The notes under the pieces were generated by a model that saw nothing but the letters and a program-made list of their open reading frames with translations, searched no databases and had not been told where the DNA came from. Below are positions 51,969-64,000 of a stretch of DNA of 64,000 nt, in pieces; within the stretch, counting starts at the first letter, position 1; each line of letters begins with the position of its first letter. The position numbers and the translations under genes were made by a program. Origin of the DNA: Eledone cirrhosa (taxonomy: Eukaryota); NCBI GenBank assembly GCA_964016885.1, contig OZ024753.1, forward strand, positions 23,870,001 through 23,934,000, in the 5' to 3' direction.

Positions 51969-51997
51969 TATTATTATTACTTTTTTTTCCCAATTCA

Positions 51998-54312
51998 ATG
52001 ATGTTCCAAAACAATATAAAAGAGATAATTGGCAATAAAGGTTCGGGAACAAAAGAGATAATTGGCAATAAGGGCAGAGGCCTCATGTTATCACAGCCTG
52101 GGCCCGCTCTAATAGAGCCAAACAAGGCATTTAGTCTTGGCTGCTGGAACGTACTGACGCTGCTTGATCGGGATTCCTTGGAGCGTCCCGAACGAAGGAC
52201 CGCTCCTGTTGCAAAGGAGCTTCGACATTACGATCTTGACATCGTGACTTTATCTGAGACGAGGTTAGCTGGAGATGGTCATCTTACGGAATTTTGTGGA
52301 GAATATACATTCTTCTGGAAAGGAAGAGATGAAGGAACCAGAAGAGAGGCTGGGGTAGCATTTGCTGTTAAGACTGTTCTTGTGAATAAATTAGAAGAAT
52401 TCCCGGTAGGGATTAGTGAGCGTCTTATATCCATGAGAATTCCGCTCGACAAAGGAAGATATGCGACCCTGGTGAGTATGTATGCTCCAACTATGGATTC
52501 TGTCGATGAGGAAAAAGTGTCCTTTTACCGTGCCTTGAAAGGTGTTTTAAGAAATATCCCTCAGGCCGATAAAGTCATCGTGCTTGGTAACTTTAATGCT
52601 AGAGTGGGTAGGGATTTAAACACATGGAATGTAATCGGAAGGCATGGGGTGGGAAAGTGTAACAACAATGGTATGCCCCTGCTGCAGATGTGTGAGGAGC
52701 TGGATCTGTGTGTTACCAACACCATGTTCCAACAAAAGAACAAATTTAAGACCACATGGATGCATCCTGCATCTAAGGAATGGCATCTTTTGGACTACGT
52801 CCTAGTCAGGATGCGTGACAGACAGGATGTGCAGAGTGTTCGTGCTCTTCGTGGAGCTGAGTTCTGGACGGACCAACACTGGTACGCGCAAAAGTGAAAC
52901 TAATCACTAAACGTAAAATCCGGGCTCCTGATGTTTCCCTGCCCAAAAGATTGAATGCTGCTCGTCTTAAGGATAAAAATGTGAAGAGGACATTGCAAGA
53001 AGAGATGCAGGTTGCAGATCTTGTTGAGGATTGGCCGACCCTTAAAAAGTCGGTTTATGATGTAGGCAGGCGTGTTCTGGGATTGGTGCAGAGAAAACAT
53101 CAGGACTGGTTTAATGAGAACGATGAACATATAGAAGACTTGTTGGCTGATAAGAGGCGTGCTCTGTCACGCTACTTGACGGCAAAACCACAGGAGAAGA
53201 ATATGTTGCATAAGGAACTCAAGGGTGTGAAATCACGTGTTAGGCGGAGTCTTTCTCAGACGAAGGATTAGTGGTGGATATATACATTATTAGTGGTGGA
53301 TGTATACATCCATCAGATGTGTCTCAGACGGATCCATGGCGTTCACTGGAGGGACCACATCAGTGATGTCGAGATTTTGGAAAGCTCTATGTGTGACAGT
53401 ATAGAAGCTCTTCTGCTTAAGCAACGACTCCGTTCGAGTGGTCACCTTGCCAGGATGAAGGATTCTAGAATACCAAAACAACTCTTTTATGGAGAGTTAT
53501 TTAAAGGAAAACGACCGCCACATAAACCAAAAAAGAGGTATAAGGATTCCTTGAAAGCCTCTTTGAAATACGCTAACATCTCTGCTCTGCTGATACATGG
53601 GAAAATGTTACTGCCGATCGTAATAAATGGAGAAAGACTGTATATGAGGGAAACGTTACCTTTGAGGCATCTCGAATCGCATACGAGAAAGTACAGCGGG
53701 ATGTGCGGAAGGGCATTGCTGTTGCACTTCCAGACGGCGAGGGTCCTCCTATGGTGCTGACATGCAGCGTCTGTGCGAGACGCTGCCTAAGCAAAGCTGG
53801 ACTCAAAAGTCATCTTCGCAGTCATAAAGTAAGACCAGTAGTTGACTGCCAGGCTGCTGTTGGAGATGCTACTCATCATGCTTGCCAATCATGTTGTAGA
53901 GAATGTAAATCAGCAGGAGGGTTCAAACGACACGCAAAAGTACATGAACTCCAACCACAGCCGGCTATTCCCAGCGAATGTTTTGGTTGCCAAATCTGTG
54001 CAAGACATTTTAGATCATTGGCTGGGCTAAACATTCGATCGCAGCGCTGTTAATTGCTATCGTGTGTGTGTGTGTGTGTATAGATATGTTTATGTGTGTG
54101 CGTGAGTGTGTGTATATATATATGTATATTATTATTGTTGTTTTTGTCGTTATTATTATTGTTGTTATTATTATTAGTAGTACCAGTAATGCACTGGATA
54201 ATTGCTGGCCTTGTGTCTAAAGTAGAAACAGTTATTATTATTATTATTATTATTGTTATTATGTTTTTTTTTTCGTGCAATGGCCATACTCGATAACGAG
54301 AGGCAGCCATCA
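51998..54312 (+). mobile_element. RTE-clade LINE with the RT domain deleted and C-terminal C2H2 fingers
   Basis: APE (WNVLTL, LSETR, GVAFAV, NFNARVG); jump at ~53280 to HQMCLRRI..PKQLFYGEL; three C2H2-like fingers; tail at 54275-54312 separated by microsatellites. Confidence 0.85.
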
Positions 54313-54818
54313 CATATATATATGTATGTATGTATATATATGTATATATATGTATGTATATATATATGTATGTATATATTCATATATATATATATATATG
54401 TATATATATATGTATATATGTATATATATATGTATATATGTATATATATATATATGTATATGTATATATATATGTATATATGTATATATATATATGTATA
54501 TATGTATATATGTATATATGTATATATATTTATTAAAATAACAGATTAAATTTAACAAAGAATCGCTGCTTTCACCCTTAACAGAATCTTCTGAAACTAA
54601 CAAAGTCAATCTGTGAACGCGGAAGTGAATATTTCAAAAAACGTTGCAACCGGAGGAAGACAGGAAGACGATATGTATATGTATATCCATATAACGAGGG
54701 GGCAGCCATCATATATATATATGTATGTATATATATATGTATATATATATATGTATGTATATATGTATATATATATATATGTATGTATATATATATATGT
54801 ACATATGTATATATATAA

Positions 54819-54890
<72 letters not shown>
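54313..54890. repeat. (TA)n microsatellites with a short unique island
   Basis: Visible; island 54532-54710 ends in an RTE-tail-like ATAACGAGGGGGCAGCCATC. Confidence 0.85.
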
Positions 54891-54893
<3 letters not shown>

Positions 54894-55064
54894 CTAAATT
54901 CTGTGGATGAATTTATATCCTGATTCTCTTTGAGATGAGTTTGATTTATTTTTCCCACATCTTACGTTAACTAGTTTTCCCATTTTGACGCTATAGTCAC
55001 TTATATACTATGGAATGCTGTTCGTTTTTCGCTGCAGTGTTTTCTATACCTTTCATTTATATAT

Positions 55065-55112
<48 letters not shown>

Positions 55113-55117
55113 AGATC

Positions 55118-55274
55118 AAAAGATGGTTAAAAGAGTTCCATGTATTTTATTATGTGCATTTCAAAAACAAATATCATCATGCAATAACATTTGTGTTTTC
55201 ATCAGATAAAATAGGAAGACATGATATGAAGGTTAAAAAACGCTTGTGGATAGTGCAGTTTTAAATCAACATAT
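55118..55274 (-). mobile_element. Solo PLE terminal fragment
   Basis: Homologous to 17594-17749; bounded by (TA)n. Confidence 0.85.
55143..55213 (-). ncRNA. Type I hammerhead ribozyme, canonical core
   Basis: TATTTTAT-CTGATGA-long stem II (12-bp inner helix, GCAT loop)-GAAA-TGCACA-TA/ATAAAATA; 8-bp stem I. Confidence 0.8.
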
Positions 55275-55326
55275 ATATATATATATATATAGTTTTAATA
55301 TAGATGAGATTCTACAGGACTAGCCA

Positions 55327-55426
<100 letters not shown>

Positions 55427-56489
55427 CACACACACACACACACTCTCTCTGTTTTCCTGATCCAACATATAATATTTATAACATTATATTAATGATTCGC
55501 TTGTTTAAACCAGAACGAAATATATCATTCTGACCACCATATTTCAGTATAGAGTAGTTGTTGTCCGTTGCGGAAGATGTCAGCTTACATTACAATAAAA
55601 CACCGGGCTGTACCTAAATAACAGCGATTGGCAAATGAAACTGGAGGGACATTGATAGTTATATATCTTCGTTGTTTGTATAAATGGTGTTTTGTTGTTT
55701 AACCTCGAGACTGACTATGATCGAGCAAACCTTTTAATTCATATATTTTAGATAGCAATGTGTTAACGGATGCAGCTTTGATTAAAGGTTTTCCAAAGGG
55801 TAAATCAATAGTTTGCTGCGTTTACAATAGTGAAATAAATATATAATCGAATTTCATTTGTAAAACGTCAGGTTTTTACGGTTGTTTGTTTTATTTTTAA
55901 CATTGTTTATATCCCTGGCCGAACAGATCGGCAGAATTTAGGTAAAACTGGTAACTAGGTTGAAGGAGCCTAATTTAGACTTGCTGTGACACTAGCTTTT
56001 ATAACTTTTGAACCTTCTTTATTAACAAACTACACACAAGTTCTCAGAAAAAAATCAAAGTTTATGTTGTGAATAAAGCCTCGCATTCGTGTCAAAAGTA
56101 CGAGGGTTTACTGCAAAGTTCATAAGCTGACCAAGATACTCTCATGGAATATTTCAATTGAGGTTCATTTTCCATCATAGTCCCTGGTTAAAAAACAATG
56201 CAGTTATTAATGAGAAGAGTTGAAATTAATACATTGTAGATTTCACTCATTCATAGACTGCCTATTCAACTTTCTGCCGACCTCCTACTTTGCAAATGTA
56301 ATTATAAAGCTCATTTTCTGGCAATTCAATTATATAACATTAAAATATAAGCATGAGTCAATGTTAGTGGAAACAATTCCTGTAGAAGATGGTGTCAAAT
56401 GATCTTATACACTTGAACTAATACTAAGTCTCTGCGGCTTCTATTTCATGGATTTATGTAAAGTAGTGTCATCAGTACATCACTAGTAC

Positions 56490-56885
56490 GTAACCTATCT
56501 AAAATAAATAAGCCAACCAAGTGGCATACGTCAGCACTATCGAATGATCCCATTCAGACGTCGAATAGTTCTGAAGTAGTTGGCTTCTTTGTCCAGGCTA
56601 CGCCGTTGTTGAAGAGGAGGGTTTTCCAGCAATGTGGAATGATCACCCTGTCAAATAATTGACGGCAGTGTAAGTGGTGGCAAAGTCCATCGCTTTGTTC
56701 AACAGGCTCTCTGAAATCGATGGGTAAAAATCCACAATGTCGAACTGAGTGAACTTCGCCTTTTGGGGGCTGAAAGAGTTAAACCACTTAATGACAGAAT
56801 CACTGTTCTCCCACTGGGACATGCTGGACTTAGTCCTAATAGTCTTAACTATGTTCCTAGGTATAGCCTTACTGACTAGCCCCAT
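56490..56885 (-). pseudogene. PLE RT fragment
   Basis: QWENSDSVIKWF..FTQFDIVDFYPSISE, then a shifted frame FDV*MGSFDSADVCHLVGLFIL. Confidence 0.85.
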
Positions 56886-57012
56886 CTCCGTACGTGTAAT
56901 CTACAACTGTTCAGTAATCTACAACTGGTATTAGAAGCAAAGTCTATCTTGCTCTCGGTAATGGTAAACTAACTGTTGTAGAACTATATAACAAAAACTA
57001 TATAACAAAAAT

Positions 57013-57258
57013 GATGAAATCAAAAATGCAACTGGAGTCTTTTATTTTTTAAATATATATTTATTTGGTTCATTTGCCGGTTTCGCAGTTCTTCTGCTTT
57101 TCAAAAGTAAAGTTGAGATGGAGGGTCTGTGAGAAAAACCACAGACCCTCCATCTCAACTCTACTTTTGAAAAGCAGAATAACTGCGAAACCGGTAAAGG
57201 AACCATATAAATATATATTTAAAAAAAAAAAGACTCCAGTTGCATTTTCGATTTCATC
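57013..57258. mobile_element. ~246-bp fold-back (MITE-like) palindrome
   Basis: 57013-57131 pairs with 57140-57258; 8-nt loop AGAAAAAC. Confidence 0.85.
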
Positions 57259-57329
57259 TTTTTTCCTTATACTTTCACACGTGTAGGACACCTCGGTTAT
57301 TTTTCATTTTGTAAAAAAAACTTCACTTC

Positions 57330-57364
<35 letters not shown>

Positions 57365-57585
57365 ATACAGATCGAACCTTGTGTGTGATAAGTAGCGAAA
57401 GGCTCGTCACCAACCAATAAACGTAATGAAGGAGTAACCATTCGTCCTTCTATTATTTTACTACACTCTGTCTAGCTCTACACCTCAATACCGATGGGGA
57501 CCTAAACATCGAGTGGTCACCCGGGTGAACCTACAGTAACTCCGCGTTACACTCCCTGGATATATATATATATATATGTATATAT

Positions 57586-58303
57586 CTTAAACTTAGGTTC
57601 TTCCGCGCCATTGGGCGCATCGTTCAGTAAATACTCACCAACGGTTACGATCAGCAGCGGCTTTTTCGCGTCCGTGCCAAGAGATGTTGGCTGCCATCAG
57701 GTTTTTTCGGAACGTTCGTCGCCAGGTGAGTCTGGCGCGTCCCGCTCCTGTTTGCCGCCAGGTGGAGTCCAGCTCATCGCTGTTTTTGAGTGTCGTTCGT
57801 CAGGTAGGCGCAGAATATGGCCAGCTAGGTGGCATCGGAGCTCCGCGACCATCCTCTGTAACGTCCACGACTCGGCTCTCTGCAGGATTTCTTCATTTCG
57901 CACTCAGTCTCACCAGGCAACACGAAAGATCATTCGCAGACACCACTGCTGGAAAGTGGTCAGTCGTCTCTCTGTCTTTGCCCCGTGCTCTTCCAGGTTT
58001 CGCTCGCGTAAAGCACTGTCGTCAGCACGATGTTCTTGTAAAGGAGCAGCCTTGGTCCAGGTGCTAATGCATGAAGACGACCAGACTAGGTGCAACCGCT
58101 GGAAAACAGCGGCTCCCTTGCCGATCCGACAGTTAATGTCGAACTCTGCGTCACCATTGCTTGCCAGGATGCTGCCGAAATATGTTAAGTGATCGACTTC
58201 CTCCAGGTATTGTTGGTACTCAAGGTCTGTGAGTACCAAATTACCAAACAGCAGACGAGAGATGCGATCAGCGACTTGCGGAACGGCAAAGCAGGCGGGC
58301 TGG
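57586..58303 (-). mobile_element. RTE 3' fragment, degraded
   Basis: [43 protein letters not shown]. Confidence 0.85.
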
Positions 58304-58326
58304 ATATATATATATATATATCTATA

Positions 58327-58418
<92 letters not shown>

Positions 58419-58591
58419 CATACAGACGTACAGTAGTATGTATATACATACATGCACACATATATACATGTACGTATGGGTTTACATAACATTTATTATA
58501 ATGTTCGCTTTGTTTGTAAACAAACAGCCTGAATTAAGCCGTACAGTCTTCGGCAACCATCGTTGCCCTTTTGTTCAACACTGACAAAAGA

Positions 58592-58634
58592 ACGATGAAC
58601 TAGTTTCTAGCTTATTAGCTGTCATCAGCACCGT
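58592..58634 (-). ncRNA. Minimal type I hammerhead ribozyme with palindromic stem III
   Basis: ACGGTG-CTGATGA-CAGCTAATAAGCTA-GAAA-CTAG-TT/CATCGT. Confidence 0.75.
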
Positions 58635-58718
58635 ATACCTTCCTGTCAGTCGATTGAACGTTTGAATGTATATACTTTCCTGATGCATATTAACGGCTGA
58701 ACAGCCTAATTTGCATAT

Positions 58719-58924
58719 CGAGTGAGTTAGTCGGCCAGGCGTACCGAAAATGATATATATGTGTGCATGTATGTATGTATATACATACTACTGTACGTCT
58801 GTATACGTATATGTATGTACGTATACATACTTATATTTAAGTATCAGCTGTACTAAGAGTGAGAAATGAAATTTCATTTTTTCCATTTATCGTTTTCGGT
58901 ACGCCCGGCCGACTAACTCACTCG
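58719..58924. repeat. 37-bp inverted repeat pair
   Basis: CGAGTGAGTTAGTCGGCCAGGCGTACCGAAAATGATA at 58719 versus 58888-58924. Confidence 0.85.
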
Positions 58925-59586
58925 TGTTAGACCCCTGTAATTTCTTCTTTTTTGTTACCACTCCATTTCTACAATCTCTAAATTTCTTATTTAGTAATAT
59001 TTTTCTTCTCAACTTATTAACCTGTAATTGTAAGATAGCATTGCCTGATTACGCTTTACTATTTATAGCAGCTGTGTTAAAAATGCTTTAAAAATGTTTT
59101 CACTACCAACTACAATGTCTTACTTAGTATTTTCCCATTCTCTACCTATTATACTTTTCTAGAGCTTAGAAATCCCTACTTATAGCAGCTGTTGTTAGAC
59201 TCTACTGTTTTTGTTTTTACTCCCTTTCGACTTACCTATTCTTTCAACTCCCCTCCTCCTTTTCTCCAGTACATTTTTTCGACTTTTCATACTTTATTCT
59301 TAGAATCTGCTGTATAGGTTTCACTTTCAACGCCTGACTGGCCTTCTTCACTCCCTCTTTGTTCTACCGGCAAGTTCCGTCACCCCTACCTCCCACCAAA
59401 TGCCATGATAGATTTATTTGTCTTTATAACAAATTTTAACCAATCCGCTTGACAATTTCTATCTTCCCATATAAGGAAGTACCTCTTGATAAGTTTGGCT
59501 ATTTATTTACCAGGCTAAACATTCTTACTTAGTCCAGAAATAGCCGTCGAAACGGATTGAGCTCTGCCGTCGGGGTCATACTTGTT

Positions 59587-59642
<56 letters not shown>

Positions 59643-59663
59643 CAAATAACGAAACGAAATTAA

Positions 59664-59694
<31 letters not shown>

Positions 59695-60726
59695 ATGTGC
59701 CAGTGTATATTTGCCAACATATATTTATTGAAATTAGATTCAAATTAAATCAAGTCCCATCTCTTTCAGAATTTATTTGACTTTTACATTTCTTTTAAAA
59801 TCTTTTTCTTCCATGACACATAATATTATCTTCTTCGTGTGAAAGACGTAAAATAACTTTCTTTGGAAACAGTGGCGTCTTTAAAATTAATAATGTTTTC
59901 AATTTTATAAGAATATATGCTATATTGATCAAATGATTTATTTTTCTCCTATGACTATTGCCATTAAAGGAAGATAAGAGAGGAAAGAATATTAATTATC
60001 AATATAGTAACATATATTACTTAGAAGATATGACCCAGCTAAACTATATATGGAAAAAATCCCTGAAAACTTAATACTAATTTCGTTAAGAACCCAAATA
60101 CCGTCGGAGCAATTTTTATTTATTTTAATGACTTTGACAGAAGATGACCAGCTTTGCTCATGACCATGGAACTCCCTATTTCTAAATATAAATGAAAATA
60201 TATACGAAATTGTGGGAATTTTGTAGAATTTAGCGAATAAAAACAACATTGCGAAGGATCTTTAACAGATCAAATTATTTATCTTTTTAAAGCATATTCT
60301 GTAAGTAGAAAAGTAGAGGCAGGTCGTAAGCATTTCCTGCTTTAGTTTGGATCAGCTTCATATATATCCTCATTTCGTGTTCTCAGATATTTATGTGAAA
60401 ATGGAATAGTTATGTTGAAAACGAAGACCTGGCTTGACACTTTGTAATAAAATAGACTTTGGTGAAATCATTTCAGTGTCACATTTGTGTTAAACGGGAC
60501 ATTGGATTAATTTTACAAAATCAATTTTGTGGGATTCGTAAGATTGGTATTCTAGTAGAACTTCTCTGGTTTCATGTTTCATGTAGGGAACCTGGGACAG
60601 AATTCTACAAGCTTTGACCTATGGCTTTCTTGGACATTTAAAAAAACCTAGCGGAGCTCATCGCCTCTCCAGGTCCGAAAACAGCAAATTTCTTCTACTG
60701 AAGGATAGAAAGAGACGTAGAGGAAG

Positions 60727-60883
60727 AATCGACTCCATTACTAGATTGAAATGTTTTTTATCGACCTCGAAAGGATGAAAGGCAATGTTGATCTCGGCGA
60801 GGTTTGAATTCAGAGAGCAGAGAGCCGGAAGGAATACAGCAAAGCATTCTATCCGACTTTCAAATGGTCCTGCCAATTCGCCG
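60727..60883 (-). mobile_element. tRNA-derived SINE, octopus type, diverged
   Basis: Minus strand GGCGAATTGGCAG (A-box-like), GAATTCAAACC (B-box-like), then GCCTTTCATCCTTTCGAGGTCGATAAA; family recognised from memory. Confidence 0.7.
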
Positions 60884-61132
60884 ACTATATATAACCATAA
60901 AGGAAATTTAATCAAATGGTCATATTCTGTTGTTGAGCAATATAATTTTAATATGTCTCGTCTTAAAATACGCCAGAAGCATAATTGAAGAGTAATTATT
61001 TCTTCTGGCACAGATTTTAGTTATCAATACAGGACCAGGTATTTTAATTAATTGGATATTAATTAAATAATAAATATTAAGGCCTGTTCTCTCTCCTTGC
61101 ACGTATGAACTTAATAATAATTACAATCTAGT

Positions 61133-61570
61133 GATTCATATAATGTGTGTGTCCTTTAATGTGAGTGTATATAATTCATATAATGTGTATGTCTTTTAAT
61201 GTGAGTGTATATAATTCATATAATTTGTGTGTCCTTTAATGTGAGTGTATATAATTCACATAATGTGTCTGTCCTTTAATGTGAGTGTATATAATTCATA
61301 TAATGTGTGTCCCCTTTAATGTGAGTGTATATAATTCATATAATATGTATGTCCTTTAATGTGAGTGTATATAATTCATATAGTGTGTCTGTCCTTTAAT
61401 GTGATTGTATATAATTCATATAATGTGTATGTCCTTTAATGTGAGTGTATATAATTCATATAATATGTATGTCCTTTAATGTGAGTGTATATAATTCATA
61501 TAATGTGTATGTACTTTAATGTGAGTGTGTATAATTCATATAATGTGTGTCCTTTAATGTGAGTGTATAT
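61133..61570. repeat. 40-bp minisatellite, ~11 copies
   Basis: Unit ATAATTCATATAATGTGTRTGTCCTTTAATGTGAGTGTAT, head-to-tail. Confidence 0.95.
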
Positions 61571-61611
61571 ATATAATATATATATATATTAATATATAAA
61601 CGGAGAAAGCT

Positions 61612-61745
61612 ATTAGCAACACGATACGCACGGATGGTTGTGGAATTTCTCACTCTTACTTCGGCCTCCAAGTGGCATTTGTCAAGGTGGGTCTCAGTAA
61701 GAATGAAGAAGGGGATGTGAAATGGATGGAAAAGGAGATGTGAAA
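61612..61745 (-). mobile_element. CR1-group APE fragment, inverted
   Basis: [30 protein letters not shown] resembles 62290-62385. Confidence 0.75.
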
Positions 61746-62281
<536 letters not shown>

Positions 62282-64000
62282 TTTCATATCACATTCTTCA
62301 TTCTTATTGACACCCACCTTGACAACTCACACTTGGAGGCAGAATTAAGAGTGAGGAATTTCACAACCACCCGTGCGGATCGCGTTGGCAGAAGGAAGGG
62401 TGGAACTGCCATTTTCCTGCATGATTCCTTTACGGCAGATGGCAACACAACATTCTCTAATGGATACTGTGAATCAGTCACTATGCGCAATAAAGCCAAT
62501 GACCTGACATTAGTTGGGTTCTATAGTCCACCACAAACACCCATAATCTGCTTCAAAGAGTGCCTCAACAGTATTAAATGCTTTATTAAACAGTGCCATT
62601 CCAGCAACATACATTTGATCTACCCTGTGTCGATTGGTCTACATGTAGTTTGAAACCAGACTCCACAGCCTCAACCACTCACAAAGAGGCTGTCGAGTCA
62701 CTTCTTGACTGCATGAATGAGTTGTTCTTGTCCCAACTTGTCCTTGCCCCAAAGAGGCATCGGAAGAACATTCTGGATCTAGTGTTTAGTAACCACACTA
62801 ACACTATACATAATATTACAGTGGAAAACACCCTTCTCTCAAACCATGACATGGTTCTTTGTAACCTGAGATTCCACCAGCCGAAAACTAATCCCAGGTT
62901 CTCTTTCCAGCCCACCCATTTGATAACATGGATCTCTACAATGCCAACTAGGATGCAATTATGAACGAACTATCACATGTCGACTGGTCTTTTATACACG
63001 CATTCACTTCCACCAACATCAAAATATCTTGGCAGATCTTTGTAGACACTGTCACACATATATGTACAAAACACACCCCACCAAAACCTGTGAACAAAAC
63101 CAAGTGCAGTATCCCCCAAAACAGAAAAACAATTATCAGAAAAATAAAAAGAACAAACAAAAAAATTAACACACTAAAATACTGCCAACAGCAACACACA
63201 CATTCAATGGCTATCACCCTGCTTGAGTAAAAAAAAAATTACCTCCAGCAATGCATGATGACCATCATCAATAACCAGAGAATAGCTGAAGAGAGGTAGG
63301 CCATTGAGAAAATCAAATTCAACCCCAAAGTGTTCTTTTCATTTGCTAAAAAATACAAGGTCACCGTCTCCACTGTTGGCCCCCTAGTTGAGGAAAATGG
63401 CACACTCCAGGACAATGCCAAAACCATGGGCTCTGTTTACAACCATCCTGATATGGCTGATCTGGGCCGTATAAATGATGTTAAACCCCAACACACTATA
63501 TCAGACATAACGTTTGGCGCCCCTGATGTCTTAGCGGCAATAAACGAAATTAAACACAATTCAGCAGTAGGCCCTGACAGGTTCCCTGCTTGTGTCCTGA
63601 AGGTGTGTCGACACCAACTTGCATCTCCTTTTGAGGAACTCACTGGACACTGGCTATATTCCTGAAAACTGTCTGTCCCAGTCTTCAAAAAGGGAAATAA
63701 GTCCCTTGCAGTGAACTACCGTCCGATCTCACTCACCTCTCATATTATCAAGGCATTTGAGAGGGTGGTGAGATCACGAATAACCCAGTTTCTTGAAAGC
63801 AACGGCCTGCTGAACTCCAACCAACATGGGTACCGTAATGGAAGAGACCCCCCTAACGCAGCTCCTGCATCACTTTGACGATGTTTTGAGAGCCTTGGGA
63901 GAGGGCTCCAACACTGATGTCATCTACCTTGACTTCAGCAAGACCTTCGACAGGGTTGATCTACTGATAAAACTATCCAATGTTGGTGTCTCTGGAAGGT
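62282..64000 (+). mobile_element. CR1-group LINE ORF2 (APE + RT), degraded, runs off the window
   Basis: [58 protein letters not shown]. Confidence 0.88.

Noticed and set aside
53703-54053. C2H2 zinc-finger host gene
   Set aside because: Contiguous with the RTE C-terminus and tail; part of the element
54558-54600. CAGAAGA...GAAA hammerhead-like string (-)
   Set aside because: Core mismatch and no stem I
56430-56480. CTGATGA...GAAA on the minus strand
   Set aside because: Stems I-III do not pair
58925-60650. Possible host exons
   Set aside because: No convincing ORF, motif or splice pattern; left unannotated
61133-61570. CRISPR-like periodicity
   Set aside because: Head-to-tail 40-bp units without unique spacers, no cas genes, eukaryotic context

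Overview
Gene-free, retrotransposon-saturated animal genomic DNA, probably from an octopus or another cephalopod (inferred from an octopus-type tRNA-derived SINE and the TA/TTA microsatellite style). No host gene was found. Contents: three Tx1/L1-clade LINEs; six R4/Dong-type (RLE) LINE copies in two families, one with an intact 1130-aa ORF; several RTE LINEs and bipartite RTE derivatives; three Penelope-like (PLE) RT copies; a CR1-group LINE; two ~250-bp fold-back elements; a 40-bp minisatellite; and long (TA)n tracts that create many spurious Ile/Tyr ORFs. The most notable signals are non-coding. (1) At least five minimal type I hammerhead ribozyme folds, including two copies with a compensated U3-A8 core at the outer ends of an ORF-less 1.8-kb near-perfect palindrome. 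(2) A pseudoknot-forming 5'-UTR motif shared by an R4/Dong element and RTE derivatives. (3) A GT-AG mini-intron candidate that would fuse Tx1 ORF1 to ORF2 in frame. (4) A 29-kb stack of LINEs at (TTA)n tracts with family-specific orientation. All structures and identities were assessed by eye; nothing was computed or searched.
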